Source of the DNA: Armatimonadota bacterium
Lineage (GTDB): Bacteria; Vulcanimicrobiota; JACPDS01
Assembly (NCBI GenBank): GCA_016183885.1
Contig: JACPDS010000149.1
Location: forward strand, 1-26,909
Direction: 5' to 3'
Length of the DNA: 26,909 nucleotides
The position numbers were made by a program, and so were the translations under genes. Below are positions 1 through 9,381 of the stretch, in pieces. The notes under the pieces were generated by a model that did not search any database, was not told where the DNA came from, and saw only the letters and a program-made list of their open reading frames with translations. Position 1 is the first letter of the stretch; every line of letters starts with the position of its first letter.

Positions 1-10
1 CTCACCCTTA

Positions 11-140
11 CCCTCTCCCACCCCGATGCTTCGATCGGGGTAAACGAAGGAGAGAGGGCGTCCCGATGCCGCAAAAGGTTCGCGCTTAGCAAACAGCCTT
101 CAACCATCGGGACTACAATCCTACCCCGCTTGCAGCGGGG
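11..140. repeat. Cluster of nested GC-rich palindromes (REP-like)
   Basis: ACCCCGAT(20-27)/ATCGGGGT(34-41) nested inside CCCTCTC(11-17)/GAGAGGG(52-58); GTCCCGATG(60-68)/CATCGGGAC(105-113); CCCCGCT(124-130)/AGCGGGG(134-140). Confidence 0.75.
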
Positions 141-203
141 CAATAAATTAAGTAAGATATAAGGATTTTTTGGACCTCTCCCCTGCATTATTTTTAATTT
201 TAT

Positions 204-2186
204 CTATAATAAAGAATATGGATCTACATCTAAATGAAATTTTATCTCTTTATGGAATTTATATTTATCTAAACAATTTTTAAAAATTTCCATATCATTT
301 TTTAAATTATTACTGCGTAAAATAAAATGCCAGCGATAAAAATTATTTATTTTGCCGAAAATACAGGGAGCAGGGCCTGAAAATTTAAATTCTTTTAAAT
401 TTTCTTTTAAAAAATTTATTAAATTTTCACTTTCTTGTTTCACTAATTCGCAATCTTTGGAACTTAAAATAAAATTAACTAATTGCGCAAAAGGAGGAAA
501 ATTAGTTTCTTCTCTTATTTTAATTTCTTCATGATAAAATTTTTGATAATCCTGTAAAGAAGCATTAATAATACAAGAATGTTCTGGGACATAAGTTTGA
601 ATAATTACTTTTCCTGCCGTTCTTCTCCCGGCTCTCCCGGCAACCTGGGCAAGCAATTGAAAAGTCCGCTCCTGGGCTCTAAAATCAGGAAGATTTAAAA
701 TCGTGTCCGCCAGAATAACTCCCACTAAACCTATATAAGGAAAATCCAAACCTTTGGCAATCATCTGCGTGCCAATAAGAATTTTAGCTTCTCCTTTGGC
801 AAATTGGCTTAAAATTTCGTTATGCGAACCCTTTTTTACAGTAGTATCGCGATCCATTCTTAAAATTTTTACTTTAGAAAAATATTTTTTTAATTCTTCT
901 TCCGCCTTTTGAATGCCAAAGCCGCCGTATTTAAATTTAAAGCCTCCGCATTTGGGACAAAGATCGGGCAAATTTTTTTGATAAAAGCAGTAATGACAGC
1001 ATAATTTTCTTAAATCGGCATGATAAGTTAAAGAAATATTGCAGCGCAGACAGCGAAAAACATATCCGCAGCTCCTGCAAAGGATATAATTATGGTAACC
1101 GCGGCGGTTTAAAAATAAAATAACTTGTTTATTTTGATTTAAAGTATTTTCAATTTCTTTTAATAATTTTTCGCTAAAAATTGTTTTTTCTTCGCAGGAT
1201 AAACTAACTATTTCCACTTCCGCTAAAGGATAATTATCAATTCGATGAGGCAGAAAATAATAATGATATTTTTTCTGCATTGTTGAATAATAGCTTTCTA
1301 TTGATGGAGTGGCGCTTCCTAAAACCACTAAAGCGTTATGATAATGAGCCCTTTTAATCGCCACTGTTCTTGCATGATATCTTAAAAAATTTTCTTGTTT
1401 ATAACTGCCGTCCTGCTCTTCGTCAATAATGATTAAGCCTAAGTTGGCAAAAGGCGCAAAAACCGCCGATCTTGTTCCCAAAGCTATATGCACTTTTTTT
1501 TGATTAATCCTCTGCCATTCTAATGCCCGCATATTGTCAGACATTCTTGAATGTAAAACTGCAATATCGCCAAATCTCCCTTTATAACGTTCAACAGCCT
1601 GAGGAGTAAGAGCGATTTCGGGAACCAGGACTATGGCTTCTTTATTTTCTTTTAAACATAAATCAAGTATTTGAAGATAAACTTCTGTTTTTCCGCTTCC
1701 GGTAACGCCGTGCAATAAAAAAACCTCTTTTTTATCCGAAAAGAAAGTTTGAGTGATTAATTTTAAAGCTTCTTCCTGATGATGATTAAGTTTTAAATTA
1801 AAAGTAGCCGGATATATTTCTTTTTTAATTTCTTTATTTAAACTTTCTTTTTTCTTTTTAAAAAAATCTCTTATGGCTCCGGGTAAAACACAATTAAAAG
1901 CATCTCTTAAATTAACTCCGTAATATTTGCTTAAATATTGGATTAAATTTATTAATTCGGGCAAATAATCTGAATTTTGAGGAATGAGTTTAATAATTTC
2001 TTTAGTCTCAAAATCCACTTTCTCGCTAAAACCAACCACATATCCCAAAACGTTAAGATTCCTAAATGGAACCAAGACAACCGTTCCTAATTTAACTTTA
2101 TCTTCTAAATTTTCCGGGATATGATAAATAAAAGTTTTATCAGGAGCTTTTATGTAATTTTCTACTATAATTTCAGCGAATTTCAT
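204..2186 (-). CDS. priA: Primosomal protein N' (replication restart helicase)
   Basis: N-terminal 3'-binding-like segment (TFIYHIP...VLVPFR), Walker A GVTGSGKT, LVPEIALTPQ, DEEQD, LNRRGY, four CxxC Zn motifs, GTQMIAKGLDF, QVAGRAGR, terminal DVDP. Confidence 0.97.
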   Translation of the reverse strand: MKFAEIIVENYIKAPDKTFIYHIPENLEDKVKLGTVVLVPFRNLNVLGYVVGFSEKVDFETKEIIKLIPQNSDYLPELINLIQYLSKYYGVNLRDAFNCVLPGAIRDFFKKKKESLNKEIKKEIYPATFNLKLNHHQEEALKLITQTFFSDKKEVFLLHGVTGSGKTEVYLQILDLCLKENKEAIVLVPEIALTPQAVERYKGRFGDIAVLHSRMSDNMRALEWQRINQKKVHIALGTRSAVFAPFANLGLIIIDEEQDGSYKQENFLRYHARTVAIKRAHYHNALVVLGSATPSIESYYSTMQKKYHYYFLPHRIDNYPLAEVEIVSLSCEEKTIFSEKLLKEIENTLNQNKQVILFLNRRGYHNYILCRSCGYVFRCLRCNISLTYHADLRKLCCHYCFYQKNLPDLCPKCGGFKFKYGGFGIQKAEEELKKYFSKVKILRMDRDTTVKKGSHNEILSQFAKGEAKILIGTQMIAKGLDFPYIGLVGVILADTILNLPDFRAQERTFQLLAQVAGRAGRRTAGKVIIQTYVPEHSCIINASLQDYQKFYHEEIKIREETNFPPFAQLVNFILSSKDCELVKQESENLINFLKENLKEFKFSGPAPCIFGKINNFYRWHFILRSNNLKNDMEIFKNCLDKYKFHKEIKFHLDVDPYSLL

Positions 2187-2192
2187 TTGAAT

Positions 2193-5100
2193 TTATTTTA
2201 ATTTTCCTTGAATTAAATTTAACTTCGAGGAAGGAGCTATGTTTAAAGCTTTTTTATAATAATTTTCAGCTTCTTCTTTTTGGTTTAGTTTCTCAAACAG
2301 ATAAGCTAAATCGTAAAAATAATTCCAATTTTTATTATTTAGTTTGATAGATTTTTGCAGTTCATCTTTAGCTAAATCAAACTTACCTGAATTTAAAAAA
2401 ATTTTTCCCCGCAAATAATGATAATAATCTTTTTCCTGAGGCATAATTTCCAAAAATTTTTCGCACATTTTAAGCCCTAAATCATATTTTTTATTTTCTA
2501 TCAAGATTGGAATTAATTCTTTATAATTTTCTTCTTCAAAAGGGGCTAATTTAACGGCTTTTTCAAAAAATTCTAAAGCTTTATGTTTATTATTATTTAA
2601 ATTATAAGCTTTTGCTAAAAGAGCGATTATTTTATAATTTTTAGGTTCTAATTTTAAAGCTTTTTCTAAAACTTCGATAGATAAATTAAACTGCTCTTCA
2701 TTAAAATAAGCTAAACCTAAATAATAATAAACCGCCGCGTCATTGGGCAAAAAGCTGGAAGCGGTTTTTAAAATTTCTATAGCTAATTTATAATTTTTAG
2801 AATCTAAATAACTTTTTCCTAAATTCAGATAAGTTCTTATTATAGCCTGATGTTCCTGAGCGCTTTCAGGGGTTAATTCAATAGCTTTTCGAAAATAATC
2901 AATCGCTGAATCTATTTGATTTGATTTTTGATAAGCTTTGGCTAAATAAATATGAATAATATGCGATTTAGGGTTAAGCGCCAGGGCTTTTTGATATTCT
3001 AAAATAGCTAAGTTGATTAAACCTTGTTTTAAATAAATTCTTCCTAAAAATCCATAAACTAAATAATCCTTTGGATTTAAATTAAGGGCTCTTTTAAGAA
3101 ACTTAACAGCTTCCTCCAATTTTCCTTCATCCTCGTAAAGCACTCCTAAAACCTTATAGTAATCTATATTTTGACTATCCAAAGTCACGGCTTTTTTTAA
3201 TTCGCCTAAAGCTAAATCTTTTCTATTATGCCAATAATAATACATTCCTAAATCTTCATGATAAGAAGGATTATAGGGTTTTAATTCAACAGCTTTTTTA
3301 TATTCCTGATAAGATAAATCTTTGTATTCTTTTTTAAAATAAATCATTCCTAACTTATTATGCAGTTCGGCATTTTGAGGATTTAAATTAACGGTCTTTT
3401 CAAAATAATTTAAAGCTTGATCTAATTTATTTTGACTTAAATATAATTCCCCCAGCTGCTGGGTAACCCGAGCGTCTTGAGGATGATATTTATTGATTAC
3501 TTCTAATTCTAAAACAGCTTTCTCAATTTCTTTTTCTTTCAGGTAGTAATTGGCCAATTTTTGTCTGGCTTCAAAGTTTCCCGGGTCTAAATTAAGAGCT
3601 TTATTTAATTCGCCTAAAGCCTGATCTATTCTATTTTGTTTTAAATATAATTCTCCCAGATGAGCGTAAATATTGGGATTAACCGGGTTAATACTTAAAG
3701 CCAAGCGCAAATTTTTTTCCGCGGAAGACCACTTTCCTGTTTTTATATATAAATTTCCTAAATATTGCAAAGCTTGTTCGGAATTAGGATTTAATTCTAA
3801 AACTTTTTCAAATTCTGAAATAGCCTCCTTGGTTTTTCCTAAATAAGAATAAATATAAGCTAGTTGAAGATGAGCTTCTTGATTTTTATAATTAAGGTTT
3901 AAAACTTTTTTATATTCTTCCAGCGCCAAATCTAAATTCCCTTGCTGAAAATACAATAAAGCTATGCGGATTATAATATCTTCATCATTGGGATTAATAT
4001 TCAGAGCTTTTAAATATTCTTTGAGCGCTTTTTCTTTTTGATTGCTCTGTTGATAAAGTAAAGCTAAAGTTATATAAGTTTCTATATAATCGGGATTTAT
4101 ATTTTGAGCTTTTTTTAAATTAATTTCCGACTCATTAAAAAGGTTTTGTTCAAGATAAATTTTCCCTAAATAAAGACAGCTTAAAAAATAATTCGAATCT
4201 TTTTCTAAAGAGTTTTTAAATTCTTCCTCGGCTTTTTTGTAATTACCTTCTTCAAAATATTTTAATCCGTTTTTATAATAAAATTCAGCATCGTTATCTT
4301 TTATAAAATCTTTTAATAAAGATTTTCCGCAGTCTTGACAATATTGACTCTTAGGAGAGTTGGCATATTGGCAGTAAGGACAAACAATCCATGAAGAAGG
4401 GATCCCCGCTTCTTCTTCTTCTATTTTTTGCATCAAACTTTCATCTTTTTTTATACGCTCGATAATTTTTTGATATTTTTCTTTTTCTTCAATAATCTGA
4501 GTGATATTTGAGTTTAAATCGGTTTTAGGCTGTTCTATTTTACTTTTGCTTAAAGCTTCTGATTTTTCAATTTCTTTTAAGTCCTTAACAATTTCATCCG
4601 CGGTTTGATAACGATTTTCAGGACTTTTACTCATAGCTTTTTTAACAACTTTATCGTAAACTAAAGGAAGATTTGGATTATACTTAAAAATACTCGGCAC
4701 CGGGCTGGTTAAATGTTTTTGAATCATTTCCGAAGGATTCTGCGCTTCAAAAGGAAGATTTTTGGTTAAAATTTCAAATAAAATAATTCCTAAAGAATAA
4801 ATATCAGTCCGATGGTCAATTTTTTCACCCTTAGCTTGTTCCGGAGAAAAATAAGCAATTGTTCCTATTACCGCTCCTAATTCTGTTAAAGAATGCCGAT
4901 CTTCCAGACAAGCCAATCCGAAATCCATAACCTTTACTTTAAAATCAGATGTAACCATGATATTTTCGGGTTTTAAATCCCGATGGACAATTTTTTGTTC
5001 GTGGGCATATTTTAAAGCTTCGCAAATCTGGATAAAAATATTTATAGAAGTTTTAAGATCAAGTTTTTCTCCTTCAATTAATTCTTTAAGAGAATTCCCT

Positions 5101-5375
5101 ACTATATATTCCATAACAATATAAAAGGTTTCATCTACTTTGCCTAAATCATAAACCTTAATAATATTAGGATGATCTAAACGGGCAGACAGCCTGGCTT
5201 CCCGCAAAAAGCGCTGAATAAGAGATTTCTGCGAAGCTTTTATGGGAGGAAGAAGTTTAATTGCGACTAAACGCTCTAAAACAGGGTCTTCACCCTGATA
5301 AACAACCCCCATTCCTCCTCTTCCTAATTCTTTAATTATTTTATAACGTCCGATTTTTTTTAAATTTTCTATCAT
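2193..5375 (-). CDS. Hanks-type Ser/Thr protein kinase with double-CxxC zinc ribbon and about 20 TPR repeats
   Basis: GRGGMGVVY, VAIK, HRDLKPENIM, DFG, GTIAYFSPEQ, DIYSLG; CPYC-x11-CQDC; about 690 aa of 34-aa TPR-like repeats (e.g. YQKALALNPK); no TM segment. Confidence 0.93.
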   Translation of the reverse strand: MIENLKKIGRYKIIKELGRGGMGVVYQGEDPVLERLVAIKLLPPIKASQKSLIQRFLREARLSARLDHPNIIKVYDLGKVDETFYIVMEYIVGNSLKELIEGEKLDLKTSINIFIQICEALKYAHEQKIVHRDLKPENIMVTSDFKVKVMDFGLACLEDRHSLTELGAVIGTIAYFSPEQAKGEKIDHRTDIYSLGIILFEILTKNLPFEAQNPSEMIQKHLTSPVPSIFKYNPNLPLVYDKVVKKAMSKSPENRYQTADEIVKDLKEIEKSEALSKSKIEQPKTDLNSNITQIIEEKEKYQKIIERIKKDESLMQKIEEEEAGIPSSWIVCPYCQYANSPKSQYCQDCGKSLLKDFIKDNDAEFYYKNGLKYFEEGNYKKAEEEFKNSLEKDSNYFLSCLYLGKIYLEQNLFNESEINLKKAQNINPDYIETYITLALLYQQSNQKEKALKEYLKALNINPNDEDIIIRIALLYFQQGNLDLALEEYKKVLNLNYKNQEAHLQLAYIYSYLGKTKEAISEFEKVLELNPNSEQALQYLGNLYIKTGKWSSAEKNLRLALSINPVNPNIYAHLGELYLKQNRIDQALGELNKALNLDPGNFEARQKLANYYLKEKEIEKAVLELEVINKYHPQDARVTQQLGELYLSQNKLDQALNYFEKTVNLNPQNAELHNKLGMIYFKKEYKDLSYQEYKKAVELKPYNPSYHEDLGMYYYWHNRKDLALGELKKAVTLDSQNIDYYKVLGVLYEDEGKLEEAVKFLKRALNLNPKDYLVYGFLGRIYLKQGLINLAILEYQKALALNPKSHIIHIYLAKAYQKSNQIDSAIDYFRKAIELTPESAQEHQAIIRTYLNLGKSYLDSKNYKLAIEILKTASSFLPNDAAVYYYLGLAYFNEEQFNLSIEVLEKALKLEPKNYKIIALLAKAYNLNNNKHKALEFFEKAVKLAPFEEENYKELIPILIENKKYDLGLKMCEKFLEIMPQEKDYYHYLRGKIFLNSGKFDLAKDELQKSIKLNNKNWNYFYDLAYLFEKLNQKEEAENYYKKALNIAPSSKLNLIQGKLK

Positions 5376-5443
5376 TTAATTTAAAGATAAGATATTTTTT
5401 TCTTCTCTTGAATTTTTATATTCATGCTGCCGGAGATGTAAGA

Positions 5444-6628
5444 TTATTTTATTTTTTTTGTGAAATTTATTGCTTCGGGTTTAGTTTTAATTTTTCCTTT
5501 AAGTTGAAGAAAAGATAATCTCCTTAAAATTCTTTTAAAATCAGGGCCGGGAGTAAAACCTAATTGTTTTAAGTCATCTCCGTTTAAGAGAGGCTTAAAC
5601 GACCAATTAACTTTAAAATAAGATGCGAGTATTTTTAAAAAATTTTTATAATCTCCGGAAGAAATACCCGCCTGAGACAGGAATAAAACATCTAAAGAGT
5701 GGTTTTTAATTTCTAAGAAATTTTCCATTAAATTTTCTAAAGTCATAATGTCATTATATTTTATCGCTAAGTTTAAATAATTTAATTCTTTATTGCTTAA
5801 TTTATAATTTTTAAGTAAAAAAGAATTTTCCGGAGAAAACAAAGAGGCTAATTTTAATAAAGTAAAACGCTTTCGATTATCTGATAAAATTTGGTTAAAA
5901 TATTCTTTTATTTTTACTCTTTCTTTAGTTTTTAAACTAACTTCATAAAGATTTTCCAAATTTTTTAATTTTAATAAAGAAATTTTAAAGTTAAATAATC
6001 TATTTAAAATATTTAAATTCTGCATTAATTTTAAAATAGAAAAGCTTTTTTTAAAATATAAAATTTTAAATAATTCGTCGCGGATGCGCTCCGGAGAAAT
6101 TGTTTTTAGACCCGGAGCGTGTTTTTTTAGCGCTTTTAAAGTTTTTTCTTCTAATTTAAAATTCAAGGCAGCCTTAAATCTAAAAGCTCTTAAAATTCTT
6201 AAAGGATCTTCGGTTAAATTTTTTTCACTTATAAGAGAGATTATTTTTTTGTTTAAAGCCTCTTTTCCTGAAAAAGGATCGATAATTTTATTATTAAGCA
6301 GATTTAAAGCTAGAGCATTAATAGTAAAATCGCGTTTTTTTAAATCTTTTTCTATCCTGACGGAAAGAGGAGAAAAATCAAAATTATATTCTTTTACAAT
6401 TACTCGAATAAGTTTAAATTTTTCATTTAAAATAACCATTCTGCCTTTAACTCTTCTGGCAAATTCTCGCGCAAATTTTTCTAAGTTTCCGTCAATTACC
6501 AAATCAAAATCATGAAACTTTCTTTTTAAAATTAAATCCCGAATACTCCCTCCCACTAAATAACCTGAAAAGCCGAAATGCTTTAGAAGATCGATAATTA
6601 AAAAAAGATAAGCATTTTTTTTTAACAT
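5444..6628 (-). CDS. cca: Class II tRNA nucleotidyltransferase (CCA family; loop deletion suggests CC-adding type)
   Basis: VGGSIRD, DFD, RDFTINA, EDPLRILRAFRF, ERIRDEL, C-terminal LNGDDLKQLGFTPGP; no HD motif and no poly(A)-polymerase G(R/K)(R/K)F signature seen. Confidence 0.88.
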   Translation of the reverse strand: MLKKNAYLFLIIDLLKHFGFSGYLVGGSIRDLILKRKFHDFDLVIDGNLEKFAREFARRVKGRMVILNEKFKLIRVIVKEYNFDFSPLSVRIEKDLKKRDFTINALALNLLNNKIIDPFSGKEALNKKIISLISEKNLTEDPLRILRAFRFKAALNFKLEEKTLKALKKHAPGLKTISPERIRDELFKILYFKKSFSILKLMQNLNILNRLFNFKISLLKLKNLENLYEVSLKTKERVKIKEYFNQILSDNRKRFTLLKLASLFSPENSFLLKNYKLSNKELNYLNLAIKYNDIMTLENLMENFLEIKNHSLDVLFLSQAGISSGDYKNFLKILASYFKVNWSFKPLLNGDDLKQLGFTPGPDFKRILRRLSFLQLKGKIKTKPEAINFTKKIK

Positions 6629-6629
6629 T

Positions 6630-7943
6630 TTAAAATTCTAATATATTATAGCCGCTTTCTTCTTCTTTAAATAAAAATTTTCGCAAAGTGAAATTAAAAA
6701 TAATCATTTGAGGATGATTTAAATTTTCTAATGGAATTTTTATTTCTATAATATCTTTAAAAACAATATTTTTAGATTTAAAATTTATTCTAATAAATTT
6801 TGATTCTCCTTTTTTATTTATACCTCTTAAATTCATTTGGAAATTAAAAATTCTTTTATTAGGATCAAATCTAAAATAAAGCGCTTTAGAATCCCGAATG
6901 ACATAAATATTGGAAAAAGAATAAATTTTATCTAGATTAAATAAATACGGCGGAATGTTTATCCAATCTTCTTTTTTGCCGTCAATAAATATAGTTTTTT
7001 CATTAACTTCTTCTACTTTATATTCAGGAACTATGCCAAAAAGTTCATTGGTTTTCATAAAAGAAAACAGAAATTTTTTCATGGTAATAAGCTGGCTTTT
7101 ATAATTTAATAAAGCTTGATATTTTAAATCTATTTCTCTTGAATTTAAAGGATAAGCCAGCCATTTTAGATTTAAATAATAAAATTCATCGGGCAGAATA
7201 AGTTCTGTTTTTAATTCTCCTTTTTCCGTTTTAGGCCAGTTAGAATGATGGATAGGATATACAAAAATTTTAGTATTTTTAAGCAGATTATTTAATTTAA
7301 GTTTTTCCAAGACTAAATTAACAAAACAGAAAGCGGCTCGATGATCGGGATGTTGGTCGTAAGGATCGGGAAGATATATTTCATCGGGTTGATATGTTTT
7401 TAAAATTTTCTCAATATTATTAAATAAATTAACCCCGGTATAATTTACTTCTTTTTGAAAACTCTGGGGATAAGGCGAAAAATTAGTTTTAGTATATTGG
7501 GAATTATAAGGTTTTTCCCAAAAATCCTCCCAGATTTTTTTTAATCCTCGATCGGGAAAACTTAAAAATATAGGAGAGCGCTTCAGCTTTAAAATTTTTA
7601 AAGCTCCTTGGGCTTCTTTTTGTCTAAGAGCGCCATATTCTATAAACTGATAATTTTTAAGAAATAAACTTTTAAATTCTCTTTCTGCGGAAAAAGTATA
7701 AGCATCGCCATTAGTGATAAAAATTACTAAAACTTCACGGGCATTTTTTATTTTATTTATAATTAATCCGCCGCATCCAAGAGTTTCATCATCGGGATGA
7801 GGACTAAAAATTAAAATATTATTTGAAATTTCTTTCTCTTGGTTAATTAAGGGAAAAAGCGGATTACAAAAAGAAAGATTGCAAAGGAAAATAAAAAATA
7901 TTAATCCATAAAATAATCTTAAGAACCTGCAACAATAAAACAT
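6630..7943 (-). CDS. PIG-L/LmbE family deacetylase, probably exported
   Basis: FSPHPDDETLGCGG, TNGD, DQHPDH metal-binding motifs; hydrophobic N-terminus; C-terminal IDGKKEDW segment. Confidence 0.88.
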   Translation of the reverse strand: MFYCCRFLRLFYGLIFFIFLCNLSFCNPLFPLINQEKEISNNILIFSPHPDDETLGCGGLIINKIKNAREVLVIFITNGDAYTFSAEREFKSLFLKNYQFIEYGALRQKEAQGALKILKLKRSPIFLSFPDRGLKKIWEDFWEKPYNSQYTKTNFSPYPQSFQKEVNYTGVNLFNNIEKILKTYQPDEIYLPDPYDQHPDHRAAFCFVNLVLEKLKLNNLLKNTKIFVYPIHHSNWPKTEKGELKTELILPDEFYYLNLKWLAYPLNSREIDLKYQALLNYKSQLITMKKFLFSFMKTNELFGIVPEYKVEEVNEKTIFIDGKKEDWINIPPYLFNLDKIYSFSNIYVIRDSKALYFRFDPNKRIFNFQMNLRGINKKGESKFIRINFKSKNIVFKDIIEIKIPLENLNHPQMIIFNFTLRKFLFKEEESGYNILEF

Positions 7944-7988
7944 TTTTAAAATCTTGTCAGGCTGTTAAGAATATATTCCAAACAAGAT

Positions 7989-9272
7989 TTATTTTTTTCC
8001 AAGATTTACTGCGTCAACTAAATGTTTTTTACCCTCATGTTTATTTTCTGGATTATGGTTATTGCTTATTTCTTTTAAACCGGCCGATTTTCGCAAAATA
8101 TTAATTTTATCAATTTTTTCCCAAGTAAGTTCCAGTTCGGGTCTCCCAAAATGTCCGTAACAAGAAATTTGACGATAAATAGGACGCTGTAAATTAAGAT
8201 CCCTAATAATAGCGCCCGGACGCAAGTCAAAATGTTCTCTAATTAATCTGGTAATTTCGGGATGGGAAATTTTTTCAGTCCCGAAAGTTTCTATATTAAT
8301 AGAAAGTGGCTTAGCCACTCCAATAGCATAAGCTAAAGCTACTTCACACTTTTCAGCTAAATCTGCCGCTATTATATTTTTTGCAACATACCTGGCCGCA
8401 TAAGCGGCGGAACGATCTACTTTAGTAGGATCTTTTCCCGAGAAACAACCCCCTCCGTGGCGAGCCATGCCGCCGTATGTATCCACAATAATTTTTCTTC
8501 CTGTTAAACCGGTATCTCCTTGAGGGCCTCCGATTACAAATCTGCCGGTGGGATTAACATAAATTTTAGTATTTTTATCCATTAAGTCTTTAGGAACCAC
8601 TAATTTTATAAGCATTTCAATAATATCGGTGCGTATAACCTCTAATGGAATATCCGGACTGTGTTGAGTTGAAACTACAATATTTTCTATTCTAACGGGT
8701 TTTCCATTTTCATATTCCACAGTTACTTGTGTTTTCCCGTCAGGACGCAAATAATGAATATTGTTATTTTTTCTAAGAGCGGCAAGCATTTTAGCTAATT
8801 CATGAGCCAGAGTAATCGGCAAGGGCATCAGTTCGGAAGTTTCTTTGCAGGCATAACCAAACATCATTCCTTGATCGCCGGCGCCTAAATTTTCGATTCC
8901 ATTTTTAGTGACCATTTCTCCCTTTTTAGATTCCAGAGATTTATCTACGCCTAAAGCAATATCCGAAGATTGTTCGTCAATAGAAACTAAAACTCCGCAA
9001 GTCTCCGCATCAAAACCATATTTTGCTCTTACATAACCAATATCAGCTAAAACCTGGCGGACAATTTTATTGATATCTATATAACATTCAGTAGAAATTT
9101 GTCCTCCGATATGAACGCAGCCGGTATGTATAAAAGCTTCACAAGCTACTCTCCCGCAAGGATCTTTTTCTAAAATAGCATCTAAAACAGCATCGGAAAT
9201 TTGATCGCAAATTTTATCGGGATGTCCTTCTGTAACTGACTCCGAAGTAAATAAATGCCTTTCTTTATTCAT
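7989..9272 (-). CDS. metK: S-adenosylmethionine synthetase
   Basis: [55 protein letters not shown]; SD GGAGG upstream. Confidence 0.99.
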   Translation of the reverse strand: MNKERHLFTSESVTEGHPDKICDQISDAVLDAILEKDPCGRVACEAFIHTGCVHIGGQISTECYIDINKIVRQVLADIGYVRAKYGFDAETCGVLVSIDEQSSDIALGVDKSLESKKGEMVTKNGIENLGAGDQGMMFGYACKETSELMPLPITLAHELAKMLAALRKNNNIHYLRPDGKTQVTVEYENGKPVRIENIVVSTQHSPDIPLEVIRTDIIEMLIKLVVPKDLMDKNTKIYVNPTGRFVIGGPQGDTGLTGRKIIVDTYGGMARHGGGCFSGKDPTKVDRSAAYAARYVAKNIIAADLAEKCEVALAYAIGVAKPLSINIETFGTEKISHPEITRLIREHFDLRPGAIIRDLNLQRPIYRQISCYGHFGRPELELTWEKIDKINILRKSAGLKEISNNHNPENKHEGKKHLVDAVNLGKK

Positions 9273-9381
9273 TTTCCACCTCCATAATTTTATTAACTTT
9301 AGACAGCCGTTAAGCTGCAGACGTCAAATATTTAAATTTTTTATTTTATTTAAGGCTTGTTTGCTTAAGCGCTTTTTATTT

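Noticed and set aside
9273-9381. SAM riboswitch before metK (also checked 10681-10934 before ahcY)
   Set aside because: No SAM-I core (AUC...GAG/kink-turn/GCAAC...GAU) or other recognisable aptamer; the regions are very AT-rich.
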